Shown here: positions 8,674 to 18,116 of the stretch, in pieces
Layout of the letters: every line of letters begins with the position of its first letter
Position numbering within the stretch: position 1 is the stretch's first letter
Assembly (NCBI GenBank): GCA_965263045.1
Contig: CBDHGK010000022.1
Span: 4,808 to 68,807, forward strand
Direction: 5' to 3'
Length of the DNA stretch: 64,000 bases
From: Terriglobia bacterium
GTDB lineage: Bacteria; Acidobacteriota; Terriglobia; 20CM-2-55-15
Translations under genes and position numbers: made by a program
Notes under the pieces: model-generated
The model's input: only the letters and a program-made list of their open reading frames with translations
The model's database searches: none
What the model was told of the DNA's origin: nothing

Positions 8674-11600
8674 CTAAAACGTCAACCGCAGCGAGAACTG
8701 GAACTGGCGGGGATCGAACGCTGACGCGAACGAGAGTGGCTCGGTGACCGGGCCGCGCCGCCCAACGAGCTTTGCCGGAAGGTCTTCAATGGACGCGTTT
8801 CCAACCACGCCGTTCACCGTCTTGAAATTGGTGCGGTTCAGCAGGTTGAACCCTTCGCCGATGACCTGCAGGTTCACTGTTTCCGACAGCGGGATCGTGC
8901 GGGTGAGCCGCATGTCGACGCTAAAGAAATCCGGGCCCTTCCCGGCGTTGCGGCCGAGGCCCCACGGGCGGTGGGTGTCGGTATGGCGGTCGCCGAGCGA
9001 ATCGAAGCCGGTGGTCAGGTTGAATGGCGCGAACGAGTTCGCCGCCACGATTCCGGACAGTGTGAAATCCGCTAGCAGGTTGTGTCCGAAGCCGCGCCCC
9101 CGGGCGGCCTCCCACGGGGACTGGGCGACCACATTTGCGACAAAACGGTGTCCGCGGTGATAGGCGGAGAGGGCGCGTTCGTTCCGGGCGTCCCACGGAA
9201 TGTGCGGCTCGTAGGAGGAATTGTAGTCGGTGGCCTCGTCCATGGCCTTGCTCCAGGTGTGATGCGCCGAGGTCGAAAACCCGTCCGAGAACCGCTTCTC
9301 CATCTGGACGATCAACGCATGGTAGTCCGATGTTCCCCAACTGCCATACACGTTGTCCTGATAGATCAGTGGGTTGTGGAAGCCCGGGACCGGCCGGCCG
9401 GTCGCTGGGTCGGGGCCGGTGTCGTAAATGTTCGGGTCCAGCGGCCGGATGAGGTGGAGGCCGCGGTTGAAGTTATAGGCCGCCGACACGGCGTAGCCGG
9501 CCACTTCGCGCTGGATTTCGAAACTGCCTTGCAGGGAGTACGGGTTCACGACGTCATCCGCGACCCGGAAACCGATGCGCAACGGGTATCCCGGACCCGG
9601 CACGATACCGTGGGGCGCCAGGTCTTCGGGCAGGATGCCCCGCTGTCCGAGGACTCCCCGGGCCAGAAGGGTCTGGTAGATTTCCGCCGAAGTCAACCGG
9701 CCGCCCGTCAACGGGCTGTTAATCCCGGCCAGACCCGTCAATGGAATGAACACCTGGTTGATTTGTTGCATCTTTCCCAGCAGGTCGTTGACGAACCCGA
9801 TGTGGCCTTCGATTCGGGAATAGTAGATTCCGAAACCGCCCCGGACCACTGTCGCCGGGTCCGGGCTCCAGGCAAATCCGGCCCGGGGCGCGAAGTTGTT
9901 GTGATCGCGCGGGAACCTTGACTTCAGTTCCAGTTCGTACCGCAGTCCGAGCGTCAGCAGGAAAGTCGGCGCGACCTGGACCGAGTCCTCGATGAAGAAG
10001 TTCATCCGGTTGGTCCAGCCCACCCAGTGTGGATTCCCGAAGCCCTGCTGGTAGACCGTTGGCAAGCCGAGAGAGAACGCCTGCAATGCCGAAATGGGAG
10101 CGTCGACGGCGCCCGCCAGATGCGCCGCGCCGACAGCGGACAGCAAGCCCTGGAGCTGCCGCGACGTTCCCGCACCCGCCACATTGTCGATAATGTTGCT
10201 GAGCGGGACGGCCTCTCCAAAAACAAATCGTCCACTGAAGAATGTTTCAGCGTGCGCGCTGTCGCGGATGGGATTGATGTCGGCACCGAACCGGAGTGTC
10301 TGGCGGCCGGACATGCGCATGAAGTTCTGACGCACCTGGAAGAAACGTTCCAGGTTTCGCACCGGGAGAATGAAGTCCCTGCCGAAGCTGATCGCGCCGA
10401 TATCGATCGCGGGGCCGGCCATGTCGGTCGGATACACGCCGAAGTCGTGATACCCCAGACCCACGCGCGTCTCGCTGACCCAGCGGGGGCTGATCAACCA
10501 GGTATCCCCGAACGCGAGCGCGAAATCCTTGACGGTCGAGTTGCTGCCTCTGCTGCGCGCGGTGAGCGCCCCGAAATTGATGTTGTCGCTCTCCTGCCCC
10601 GTCCAGTTTCCCCGTAAGAACATCGTGTGGCCGTCCCCCGGTGCGTGGTCGACACGCGCAATGAACTGCTGTCGCAGTTCCCCGAACGGGAAGACCCCGC
10701 TGTTCGCTTCGAACAGGGACACCACGGCCGGATTATGCGCCGGGACAAGTGCATAGGCGAGTTGATTGACCAGTGGCGCGAGGGCCGGCGCCGCGGCCCG
10801 GAGCGTGTCGACCAAAGACTGCTGGGACTGGGTCAGTGACGTGAGGAACGACCGGTCGGCCAGCAGCGGAACGATCTGCGACTCGTGGCGGTCCAGGCGT
10901 TCATAAGCGAGGTAGAAGAACGTCGTGTTCGGCTGGATCGGGCCGCCTATGGACAGCCCGGACTGCGTCCGCGTATAGGCCGCCTTGCCGGGGTCGAAGT
11001 AATTGCGTGCCTGGAAGCGGCGGTTGCGCAGCACGCCGAAAAGGGTTCCATGCACATCGTTCGTGCCCCCCTTCGTGACGATGTTGATCGTCCCGCCCGG
11101 CGCCCCGCCCTGTTCGGCGGAGAACGAGTTTCGGTTGACCTGGAACTCCTGGATGGCATCCTGGCTGATCGAGGATCGAACGCTTCCGGAGTTGTACAGG
11201 TTGTCCAACCCGTCGATCATGAGCGTGTTGCCGCGTCCGTTGCCCCCGCCGATGCCGAGTCCCGACGTGGGGGTGGGGGTGATGCGGCGATCAATCGCGT
11301 TGGCGATGTGGTTGGTATTCACGACCCCTGGGGTCAACAGCGCCAGGTCCAGATAGTCGCGACGGTTGATCGGGAGATTCTCGATACGCACCGAGTCGAT
11401 GTGATCGGACTGCTGCACGCGCGCAGGTTCGATGGCCGGGCGCGCGGATGCCGCCACAACGACCCGTGTTTCAGTTGCAGCGACCGCGAGTTGGGGCGAA
11501 AACGTTGAAATCTCGCCCACCCGCACTTCGAATCCCTCCACCGTGAGGGGCGCGAAATTCGATGCCTCGAAGCGTAGCGTATACGTTCCTGGCGCGAGAT

Positions 11601-11886
11601 GGCTGAAGACAAACCCGCCACTATCGGTCGCCACCGCTGCCTGTGCCACCCCACGGCTCTCATCCAGCGCCGTGACGGTCGCTTCCCGGATCACGGCCTG
11701 GGTCCCGTCGTAGACGAAACCCCGGATGCTGCCCGTGTTTGTCTGCGCGTACACGGCCAGGCTGCCCATCAGCATCAACGATACGATGCTGAAGAAACGA
11801 AACGGGATTGCCACGGCACGGATGAACCGGGAATGCACTTTCACGGCTGCGTTGCAAGGAGCGGTATGTGGGGAAGTATGCGACAT
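8674..11886 (-). CDS. TonB-dependent outer-membrane receptor with an N-terminal carboxypeptidase-regulatory-like domain (1070 aa)
   Basis: Signal peptide (MLMGSLAVYAQT), a CarboxypepD_reg-like segment (SIRGFVYDGTQAVIREATVTALDESRGVAQAAVATDSGGFVFSHLAPGTYTLRFEA), a long beta-barrel region, and a C-terminal ...FQFSLRLTF ending in Phe, as is typical of TBDRs. Confidence 0.75.
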   Translation of the reverse strand: MSHTSPHTAPCNAAVKVHSRFIRAVAIPFRFFSIVSLMLMGSLAVYAQTNTGSIRGFVYDGTQAVIREATVTALDESRGVAQAAVATDSGGFVFSHLAPGTYTLRFEASNFAPLTVEGFEVRVGEISTFSPQLAVAATETRVVVAASARPAIEPARVQQSDHIDSVRIENLPINRRDYLDLALLTPGVVNTNHIANAIDRRITPTPTSGLGIGGGNGRGNTLMIDGLDNLYNSGSVRSSISQDAIQEFQVNRNSFSAEQGGAPGGTINIVTKGGTNDVHGTLFGVLRNRRFQARNYFDPGKAAYTRTQSGLSIGGPIQPNTTFFYLAYERLDRHESQIVPLLADRSFLTSLTQSQQSLVDTLRAAAPALAPLVNQLAYALVPAHNPAVVSLFEANSGVFPFGELRQQFIARVDHAPGDGHTMFLRGNWTGQESDNINFGALTARSRGSNSTVKDFALAFGDTWLISPRWVSETRVGLGYHDFGVYPTDMAGPAIDIGAISFGRDFILPVRNLERFFQVRQNFMRMSGRQTLRFGADINPIRDSAHAETFFSGRFVFGEAVPLSNIIDNVAGAGTSRQLQGLLSAVGAAHLAGAVDAPISALQAFSLGLPTVYQQGFGNPHWVGWTNRMNFFIEDSVQVAPTFLLTLGLRYELELKSRFPRDHNNFAPRAGFAWSPDPATVVRGGFGIYYSRIEGHIGFVNDLLGKMQQINQVFIPLTGLAGINSPLTGGRLTSAEIYQTLLARGVLGQRGILPEDLAPHGIVPGPGYPLRIGFRVADDVVNPYSLQGSFEIQREVAGYAVSAAYNFNRGLHLIRPLDPNIYDTGPDPATGRPVPGFHNPLIYQDNVYGSWGTSDYHALIVQMEKRFSDGFSTSAHHTWSKAMDEATDYNSSYEPHIPWDARNERALSAYHRGHRFVANVVAQSPWEAARGRGFGHNLLADFTLSGIVAANSFAPFNLTTGFDSLGDRHTDTHRPWGLGRNAGKGPDFFSVDMRLTRTIPLSETVNLQVIGEGFNLLNRTNFKTVNGVVGNASIEDLPAKLVGRRGPVTEPLSFASAFDPRQFQFSLRLTF

Positions 11887-11974
11887 AATGGAGGATTATA
11901 TATGGAACTCCAGTACTGTTTCGCAACAGGCTTTCGCTGATGGACACAGCCGTCAATCCGGGTGCGGACGCTGA

Positions 11975-12424
11975 TCACTCCCCCGGTCCAGTCGGACTTC
12001 GAAGACGCTGCAAGAATTGCCGGATCAACAGCGGGATTCCGACCAGGAGCAGATACGGAACGAGAGCACCGATAACCACCATATGTGGGCCGAGCAATCC
12101 GCCTACAAGGCTGAGTAGTACGGCAAACGGAGTCGCCACCGCGATTGCGACCCATAACCCTCTGCGCCAGGATCCGACAACTCCTCTCAAGAGGCGTTGC
12201 GCCAGCAACCCGACCAGCAGGCCGCCCAGAAAGAACAGGAGCAGTCCCGATAGTATGGCCGGAATCGCAAACAGCACTTCCGCTGGATCCCAGGAATCCA
12301 TGGAGCCGAAACGGACAAGGGCGAGCAAGAGTTGCAGGACACAGAGTCCGATGCCAAACAGCACTGGCGTCTTCCAGTAACGCCATCGAGAAGAAACGGA
12401 AGCTCTTGAAGGATCGGTGCTCAT
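11975..12424 (-). CDS. Small integral membrane protein (149 aa, 4 predicted TM helices)
   Basis: Highly hydrophobic segments (VLFGIGLCVLQLLLALV, ILSGLLLFFLGGLLVGLLA, WVAIAVATPFAVLLSLVGGLLG, VVIGALVPYLLLVGIPLLI). Confidence 0.5.
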   Translation of the reverse strand: MSTDPSRASVSSRWRYWKTPVLFGIGLCVLQLLLALVRFGSMDSWDPAEVLFAIPAILSGLLLFFLGGLLVGLLAQRLLRGVVGSWRRGLWVAIAVATPFAVLLSLVGGLLGPHMVVIGALVPYLLLVGIPLLIRQFLQRLRSPTGPGE

Positions 12425-12631
12425 GGATTCTCCAATTCAAACGTGTAGTTTTTAGTATGCAATACCCCCCTCCGACGCTGGCCTCCGCCCAGATCCTTTT
12501 TCGGCGGTGTCCACACGGCAATCGCATCCTCGCTCAGCCAGATCGTGACGTCACCGCGGCTCCTGAGACCACGCTCGTACTCCCTCCAGGTCTGGATTCT
12601 TACCGCACATGCAGGGGCACCGGAAACCAGT

Positions 12632-13465
12632 CTACTTTTCAGCGACGATGTAAACCACAAAGGCGGCGTCCGCGTCGCCTTCCTCCGTGGGCGTAAACTC
12701 TCCGTCACCATCCTCCGTCTCTTCGTTGGTGCCTTCCCAGTATACAGTGGCACGCTGGAATCCTGCTTCGAGCAGCAGCTCCCGAATCTCGGGCAAGGTC
12801 CAGAGCCTCCAGTCATAGGTGAAGGCCTTGTTGATCTTTGAGCCGTCGGGGAAGCTGAAATGGATGTGGCATAGCATGTCACCGGTGATGGGGTTGTAGG
12901 CTTTCTGATCCCAGATATAGGTGAACCGGGTCAGCTTCGTGCGTTCGCGCATTTCCCGGTGCGCATCTGAGCCCCCGAAGGCATCGAGCATGAAGAGGCC
13001 GCCATCCAGAAGCCCGCCGTGGACGTTGCTGAAGTACTGTCGTAGTAAGTCCCGGGTTTTGAAGATCCAGTAGCTGAAGTTCATCGCCAATACGATGTCG
13101 ACGGGCGCACATGACACATCTATCACATTGGCGTTGATGAGTTCGATGCGCATCTGAGCCTTGGCGGTCAGCTCTGCGATGTGGTGCTCGTACCCCCATT
13201 GCTGAACGTCAGCATCCAGGTCGACACCGATCACGTGATTGGTTCTTCGCCGGCGAACCCATTCGCAGGACGTATTCGCTGTACCGCAGAAATCTTCGCG
13301 AAGCAACTTTGCCTTACGCCCCCGCAACTGGTGATAGGTATCGTCGACGAAGTCGATTTCGGCTTCCACACACTGGACGGCCTCCTCGTACAGGAGGCGC
13401 CGGTCGGAGCGCTGGGCCCTTGTCGTCTCCTTCTTTTTTCCGGAACGTGCGGACTTTGAGGGCAT
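12632..13465 (-). CDS. Class I SAM-dependent methyltransferase-like protein (277 aa)
   Basis: The DxGxGxG-type motif is not seen in its classic form, but a Rossmann-like VIGVDLDADV and a DIVLAMNFSYW acidic-hydrophobic strand are present. The weak motifs and the overall fold pattern are consistent with a methyltransferase. This is a moderate-confidence family call. Confidence 0.45.
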   Translation of the reverse strand: MPSKSARSGKKKETTRAQRSDRRLLYEEAVQCVEAEIDFVDDTYHQLRGRKAKLLREDFCGTANTSCEWVRRRRTNHVIGVDLDADVQQWGYEHHIAELTAKAQMRIELINANVIDVSCAPVDIVLAMNFSYWIFKTRDLLRQYFSNVHGGLLDGGLFMLDAFGGSDAHREMRERTKLTRFTYIWDQKAYNPITGDMLCHIHFSFPDGSKINKAFTYDWRLWTLPEIRELLLEAGFQRATVYWEGTNEETEDGDGEFTPTEEGDADAAFVVYIVAEK

Positions 13466-13586
13466 ACTGGGTTTCCTTTCGAATGAGTGCCTGTGCTTAC
13501 GACTGACCCACAGTGACCGTCCCCGAGATCAAAAGGATCAATCATAATCCATCGGATTCCGGATCGGTCGTCGAAGCGCGAGACCG

Positions 13587-14402
13587 GGTTCTGGTGCAGA
13601 TAGGATTGTCGGAACGATAAGAGCAGGAGTGCGCTAGGGCGATGCGGCCTATGCTGCCATGACATGACGCCAGGTCACGGCGGGATTCGACTGCAAGGTG
13701 ATCGGAATTGCGAACTGGCGTTGGTGAATCTTCTGCGCTAGCTCGATGCCGATAATGACGCGTCGCGTATTGCAGAACGTCTTGAATCCCAACATCGGGC
13801 GCAATCGCCCCTTCACCCGACGGTGGTCCTGCTCCCGAACGTTGTTCAGGTATTGACAGCAACGAATCTTCACCGGATTCCGCCCCCGGAAGTTGAACTC
13901 ACCGTTGATTCCCATGCGCCGCAGGGCGCTATGGCTCGGCGGGTGGCCATCCAAGGTGATGCTGTGTATGCTTCAGTGCATTGCGAAAGAATGCCTTCAC
14001 CGCCGCAATGCCGCGTGTTCGACTCAGACAGAACTCCACGGTGTTGCCTTGTCCATCCACGGCGCGGTAGAGATACATCAACTGGCCTCGCACCTTGATA
14101 AACGTTTCATCAACCCGCCAGCTCCCACCCACCGGCCGCTCGAATCGGCTCCAACGCCTTTCGCAGGTTTCGGCATAGCGAACGCCCCAACACAAGATCG
14201 TGGTGTGCGAAATCGGTAAACCCCGCTCAGCTAAAATCGCGACCAGATCCCGGTAACTCAGTTTGAAGCGAAAATACCAGCGAAGGCAGAGGAGAATGAT
14301 GTTGTCATCGAACCAACGTCCGGCAAATAGAGGATTCCGTCCAGTTTTCCGATGCGCCATGTCCCATTATCGCCCAGTCCCTTCGCTGTCTGCACCAGAA
14401 CC
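13587..14402 (-). mobile_element. IS6-family insertion sequence, subtype A (816 bp) with 14-bp terminal IRs GGTTCTGGTGCAGA / TCTGCACCAGAACC
   Basis: Perfect terminal inverted repeats at 13587-13600 and 14389-14402. The encoded DDE transposase (MAHRKTGRNPLFAGRWFDDNIILLCLRWYFRFKLSYRDL...VDETFIKVRGQLMYLYRAVDGQGNTVEF plus C-terminal ...CQYLNNVREQDHRRVKGRLRPMLGFKTF...) is IS26-like. Confidence 0.85.
13649..14360 (-). pseudogene. IS6 transposase split by a frameshift (N-terminal part 13929..14360, C-terminal part 13649..13954)
   Basis: Two overlapping ORFs in different frames together cover a full IS6 DDE transposase. Confidence 0.7.
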
Positions 14403-14410
14403 GTCAGGAG

Positions 14411-14467
14411 GGTTCTGGTGCAGATAGGATTGTCGGAGCGATAAGATCAGGAGTGCGCTGCGGGGGG
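14411..14467. mobile_element. Second, solo IS6 subtype-A left end (IR plus ~45 bp) directly abutting the complete copy
   Basis: ggttctggtgcagataggattgtcggagcgataagatcaggagtgcgctg repeats the 13587 end immediately after the 14402 end. Confidence 0.7.
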
Positions 14468-14601
14468 CTGGAACCACTTCCATCAAGGCTTGTCGTTGGT
14501 GTTTTCGGATTCGAGAATGGCGGCGGCCACCGCCGGGCCGAACAACGCAAGAATCAGCGCAAGGCGCGAGAACGTGTGCATGTTGTTCCTCCTTTGTTGA
14601 C

Positions 14602-14871
14602 TTAGTGGATCACTCCGGACAGGGCGTACTCTTCCAAGAGCACCCGTTCGAGCGCCGCAACATCGTCGTCTTCGTCGGCCGTCTTCCCGCCGGTCCGCAT
14701 GGCTCCCCCATGTTGTGTGTTGACGGTCCAGCCGTGGCCGTGGAGCCACGCAGCGAACGTGGGTGCGGAGGGGTCATGTCCCTCTCCGATCTGGCGGACA
14801 GCTTGATCCCCGGTGTCAAGCTCGATGATTCGCCCGTCGCTCTTCCACCGATTCGCTTCTTCTGGCAAACG
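14602..14871 (-). CDS. Hypothetical protein (89 aa) immediately downstream of the 66-aa lysine-rich ORF; possible two-gene operon
   Basis: MRLPEEANRWKSDGRIIELDTGDQAVRQIGEGHDPSAPTFAAWLHGHGWTVNTQHGG... has high third-position GC consistent with coding. No recognisable family. Confidence 0.3.
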   Translation of the reverse strand, partial: RLPEEANRWKSDGRIIELDTGDQAVRQIGEGHDPSAPTFAAWLHGHGWTVNTQHGGAMRTGGKTADEDDDVAALERVLLEEYALSGVIH

Positions 14872-14887
14872 CATTGTTGTTCCCGCC

Positions 14888-15088
14888 TTAGCGGGTTGAG
14901 TCCTTCCGTATCGACAAGTGTTCCGGGATACGGTTTTCGCGCGGCTTCCAGTTCTTCTGCCAGGGCGCGTTGCCACCCTCGATCTGCTTCTTGACGGCGG
15001 CAAGTTTTTGCGCGCGCGCCTGGTTTTCCCTCTTGCCTTCTTCGATCGGCTTGGCTTCCTGAGCCTTCAGATGTGTGCTGTCGTCCAT
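14888..15088 (-). CDS. Small lysine-rich hypothetical protein (66 aa), second copy
   Basis: Same as 254..454, with the same GGAGGA-ATG context. Confidence 0.35.
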   Translation of the reverse strand: MDDSTHLKAQEAKPIEEGKRENQARAQKLAAVKKQIEGGNAPWQKNWKPRENRIPEHLSIRKDSTR

Positions 15089-15237
15089 ACGGTCATATCC
15101 TCCGTTAGAGTTGTTCAAGATCCGATCGGCGGATCTTCCAGCCACCGGCCTTGATAGCGGCCAGTTCGCCGTCTTTATTCCGTGGGGCTTTTTCTTGTCT
15201 TGCCATTGCATCGCTCGCAGTGGACACACGCGGCCAG

Positions 15238-16212
15238 TCACCCTCGCCGTTGCCGCATGATATCGAGACTGAATTGTGCATCGGCATGATCTTGCTCGGC
15301 AGCGAGCCGGAACCATTGCACGGCTTCGGCATCGTCTTCCGGAACGCCATCGCCCCTGGCGTACATGTCACCCAGGCTGTATTGGGCATCGACATTCCCC
15401 TGCTCGGCGGCGCGTCGATACCATTTCACGGCTTTGGCCTTGTTTTCCACCGCACCCGCGCCGGTTTCGTACATGATCCCGAGGCTGTATTGGGCCTCAC
15501 CGTATCCCTGCCGGGCAGCCCTGCGCCACCACTTGACGGCCTCTTTACTGTCTTGGGACACGACCTCGCCGTCATCGTACATGCCACCCAGGCTGTATTG
15601 GGCACGGGCATTCCCCTCGGCGGCAGCGAGCCGGTACCACTTCATGGCTTCAGCCTTGTCTTCCGCCACGCCATCGCCGGTTTCGTACATGAGGCCGAGG
15701 TTGAATTGGGCGGGGGCAGTTCCCTGCTCGGCAGCGAGCCGATACCATTTCATGGCTTCGGCCTTGTCTTCCGCCACGCCATCGCCTGTGGCGTACATGC
15801 CAGCGAGGTTGTATTGGGAAGCGGCATCCCCCTGCTCGGCGGCGAGCCGGTACCAACGCACCGCTTCGGCTTTGTCTTCCGCCACGCCATCGCCGGTTTC
15901 ATACATGCCGCCGAGGGTGAATCGGGCATCAGCGTGACCCTGCTCGGCAGCGAGCCGGAACCACTTCACCGCTTCAGGCTTATCTTCCGCCACGCCATCA
16001 CCCAGGGCGTACATGCAACCGAGGTTGTATTGGGCATCAGCATGACCCTGCTCCCCTGCGAGCCGGAACCACTTCATGGCTTCAGCATCGTCCTCGCGAA
16101 CGCCCTCACCAGTGATGTACATGCGAGCGAGACTGTATTGGGAATCGGCGTCCCCCTGCTCGGCCAGGCGTCGGATTTCCGTGATCGGGACCGGGTCCTG
16201 CTCTTGACTCAT
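15238..16212 (-). CDS. Sel1-repeat (SLR/TPR-like) protein, 324 aa, about 8 repeats, no signal peptide
   Basis: Repeating units AxxWYRLAAEQGxAxAQYNLGxMYxxGxGVxxDxxEA are canonical Sel1 repeats. Confidence 0.8.
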   Translation of the reverse strand: MSQEQDPVPITEIRRLAEQGDADSQYSLARMYITGEGVREDDAEAMKWFRLAGEQGHADAQYNLGCMYALGDGVAEDKPEAVKWFRLAAEQGHADARFTLGGMYETGDGVAEDKAEAVRWYRLAAEQGDAASQYNLAGMYATGDGVAEDKAEAMKWYRLAAEQGTAPAQFNLGLMYETGDGVAEDKAEAMKWYRLAAAEGNARAQYSLGGMYDDGEVVSQDSKEAVKWWRRAARQGYGEAQYSLGIMYETGAGAVENKAKAVKWYRRAAEQGNVDAQYSLGDMYARGDGVPEDDAEAVQWFRLAAEQDHADAQFSLDIMRQRRG

Positions 16213-16744
16213 GTGGAATGAATCCTTTCCTGGATCCGCCTCCGAATCTGCATCTCTCCGAGCTTTCCCGGGCCTTCGAGCGGTTTCCGGCTCAGCCGCC
16301 GCTGAGCCTCAACGCCCGCATCGGCCGCCCGACGCTTGATGATGATCCGGATGGAGGGTGCGCCCAGATGGCCTCGCGGAGGGCTTGTCGAACCGCTGGA
16401 ACAACGACCCATCCTTGATCCTGGCTGTTGTGCATCCATCCTGGCCGGGACTCGATGCACTGTCCTCTCGCAGTGGAGGGTGCTCTCGCCTTTCCGGCTC
16501 GTCTTTGCGTGTCGACTCGTGTGGAAGGGAGTGTTCGCAGGCAGCTTCCTGGGAGCGGTGTCAGAGAATACAGCCCGATGAAAAGGCACTGCAAGGTAGC
16601 CGCTCATTTTACCGGCCCGCCTCCCTGCCCCGCCACTCCGTGGTTCATTCCCCGATCGTCAGCGCCTTTTGGCCAGTCGGGCCTTGAGGGAACGGATTTC
16701 ACCGGGGTCCACACGGTTGATCTTCGAAATCGTCAACGATTGAA

Positions 16745-16785
16745 CCGCACCCGGGTTTCCCGGAGACGGTTTTAGTTGAGATGCG
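16745..16785. mobile_element. Solo IS3-family terminal inverted repeat with a short orfB-tail remnant
   Basis: TGAACCGCACCCGGGTTTCCCGGAGACGGTTTTAGTTGA differs by 2 nt from the IS3 IRs at 40789 and 42062. The preceding codons read ...RLIFEIVND, resembling an orfB C-terminus. Confidence 0.5.
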
Positions 16786-17134
16786 ACCGATCCTGCATAT
16801 CGAGGTGCCTCCCCAGATCTCGAAGCACCTCCATCTTCGCAGCCACCTCGGAAGGGCCGATCTCCCGGAGCGTATCAAATACCTCTCGCAGGCTCTCCGG
16901 GCCGAACCCGCAAACGTTCAGGGCATCGCGGACCCGGGCACAGCTGGGACAGAGCGCCGATTCGCTTCCGCTGTCTTCATTTTTGATGCCGCACAGCGTG
17001 ATCGACTCGGTGGCTCTCTCGCCGACCCAGTCCACGCGCAAGTGCCGATAATGGGCATCGTCCTTCATCGCCTCACAGATTATCTCAGTTTTGTTTCCCT
17101 TCCATGGCGGGATTGCGTCAAGACGGTTACGCAA
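16772..17134 (-). CDS. Hypothetical cysteine-containing protein (120 aa)
   Basis: ORF only. Cys residues (CPSCARVRDALNVC) suggest a metal-binding knuckle. No family assignment. Confidence 0.25.
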   Translation of the reverse strand: MRNRLDAIPPWKGNKTEIICEAMKDDAHYRHLRVDWVGERATESITLCGIKNEDSGSESALCPSCARVRDALNVCGFGPESLREVFDTLREIGPSEVAAKMEVLRDLGRHLDMQDRSHLN

Positions 17135-18116
17135 CGATCCGGTCCGGACGGATGCTCAAGGAGTTCATCCTCCAATACATGTCCGAGCCTGCGCTCCAGA
17201 TGCGCATCCGACGCAGCCTCCTGAAGGTCGAGCAGATGCACGCTCTTGCGCGCGACCTGTTGGGGTTCTGGTGCAAATAGCAGCTGACGTGAATAACTTC
17301 ACGGGCTGCAAGCGACGCCTGTCGGTGCGCCTCAAGGAACCGCCGCTGCAGGGATCCGGAAAGGTGGAACGATCCGGAGTTGTGGTGGTAACGATCCCGG
17401 TCAGAAGATCGGAAAAGTCCCATGCGCTTCCATATTGTTCCAACGCTATTGCTGTGCGCTGCGGGGATTCTTCGCGGCGTGGGGAGCTGTCAAGCGCTGC
17501 TGCTGTTCGATAAGGCGCTTCGCGAGAAGGTCTTCTTTGGTTACGAAGTATTGATCCATGTCACCGGCGCCCGCGGCACCCCGCGCCTTCTTTTTCGCTG
17601 TTCCACGCTCAACAAATATTTCGTACAGGTCAACAATAATGCTCATGCCGCACTCTCTTTTTATGGTGTGAGGGCTTTCGACTTCATTCAAACAATTGGG
17701 AAAAGGGGAATAGGATACCAAGTTCAAAGTGTCGTCGCAACGCTACTTTCGAATTAAACATAGGCAGTCCGTCAAGGGCTGCGGCCGGCGTGAGGACGGC
17801 CAGCTCCGCAGTGCCGTCATCGCGGCGACGGCCCTGATCGCCTGCACGCTAGGAGCCTGTCGGGAATTGGCTCCCTCGAAGCAAGAATCAAGAACTTACG
17901 AGCCATCCCTGGTCTGTAAGTTGTTGATTTTTGGTTGCAGACTTCTTATTCCCGACAGTCTCCTAGCCGGGAACCGCCCCCGCCTTCATCGCCGCGCAGG
18001 CCGGGGTCTCCGGGCTAATAAGTTCTTCTTGCTTCCATGCGGCGGCCTCTGCGTCTTTGCGCCTCAGCGTTAGCAACGCAGCATCGAACTCGGAAATGTT
18101 GACTCGATGAGTACGA

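Noticed and set aside
8744-11508. Several 100-280-aa plus-strand ORFs (for example 9082..9921, 10027..10617, 10885..11508) within the TonB-dependent receptor region
   Set aside because: They are antisense to a 1070-aa ORF with clear TBDR features. They are Arg/Gly/Val-rich, high-GC artefacts.
15151-16221. ORF 15151..16221 (+, 356 aa) and similarly 44204..45634 (+, 476 aa) and 43726..44544 (+)
   Set aside because: They are antisense to the Sel1-repeat genes. Their periodic translations just mirror the Sel1 repeat periodicity, and the Sel1 frames have clear family motifs.
16209-16775. Cluster of overlapping ~100-130-aa ORFs on both strands between the Sel1 gene and the IS3 solo IR
   Set aside because: No frame has motifs, RBS support or clearly dominant coding bias. 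Left unannotated as possibly intergenic or degraded DNA.
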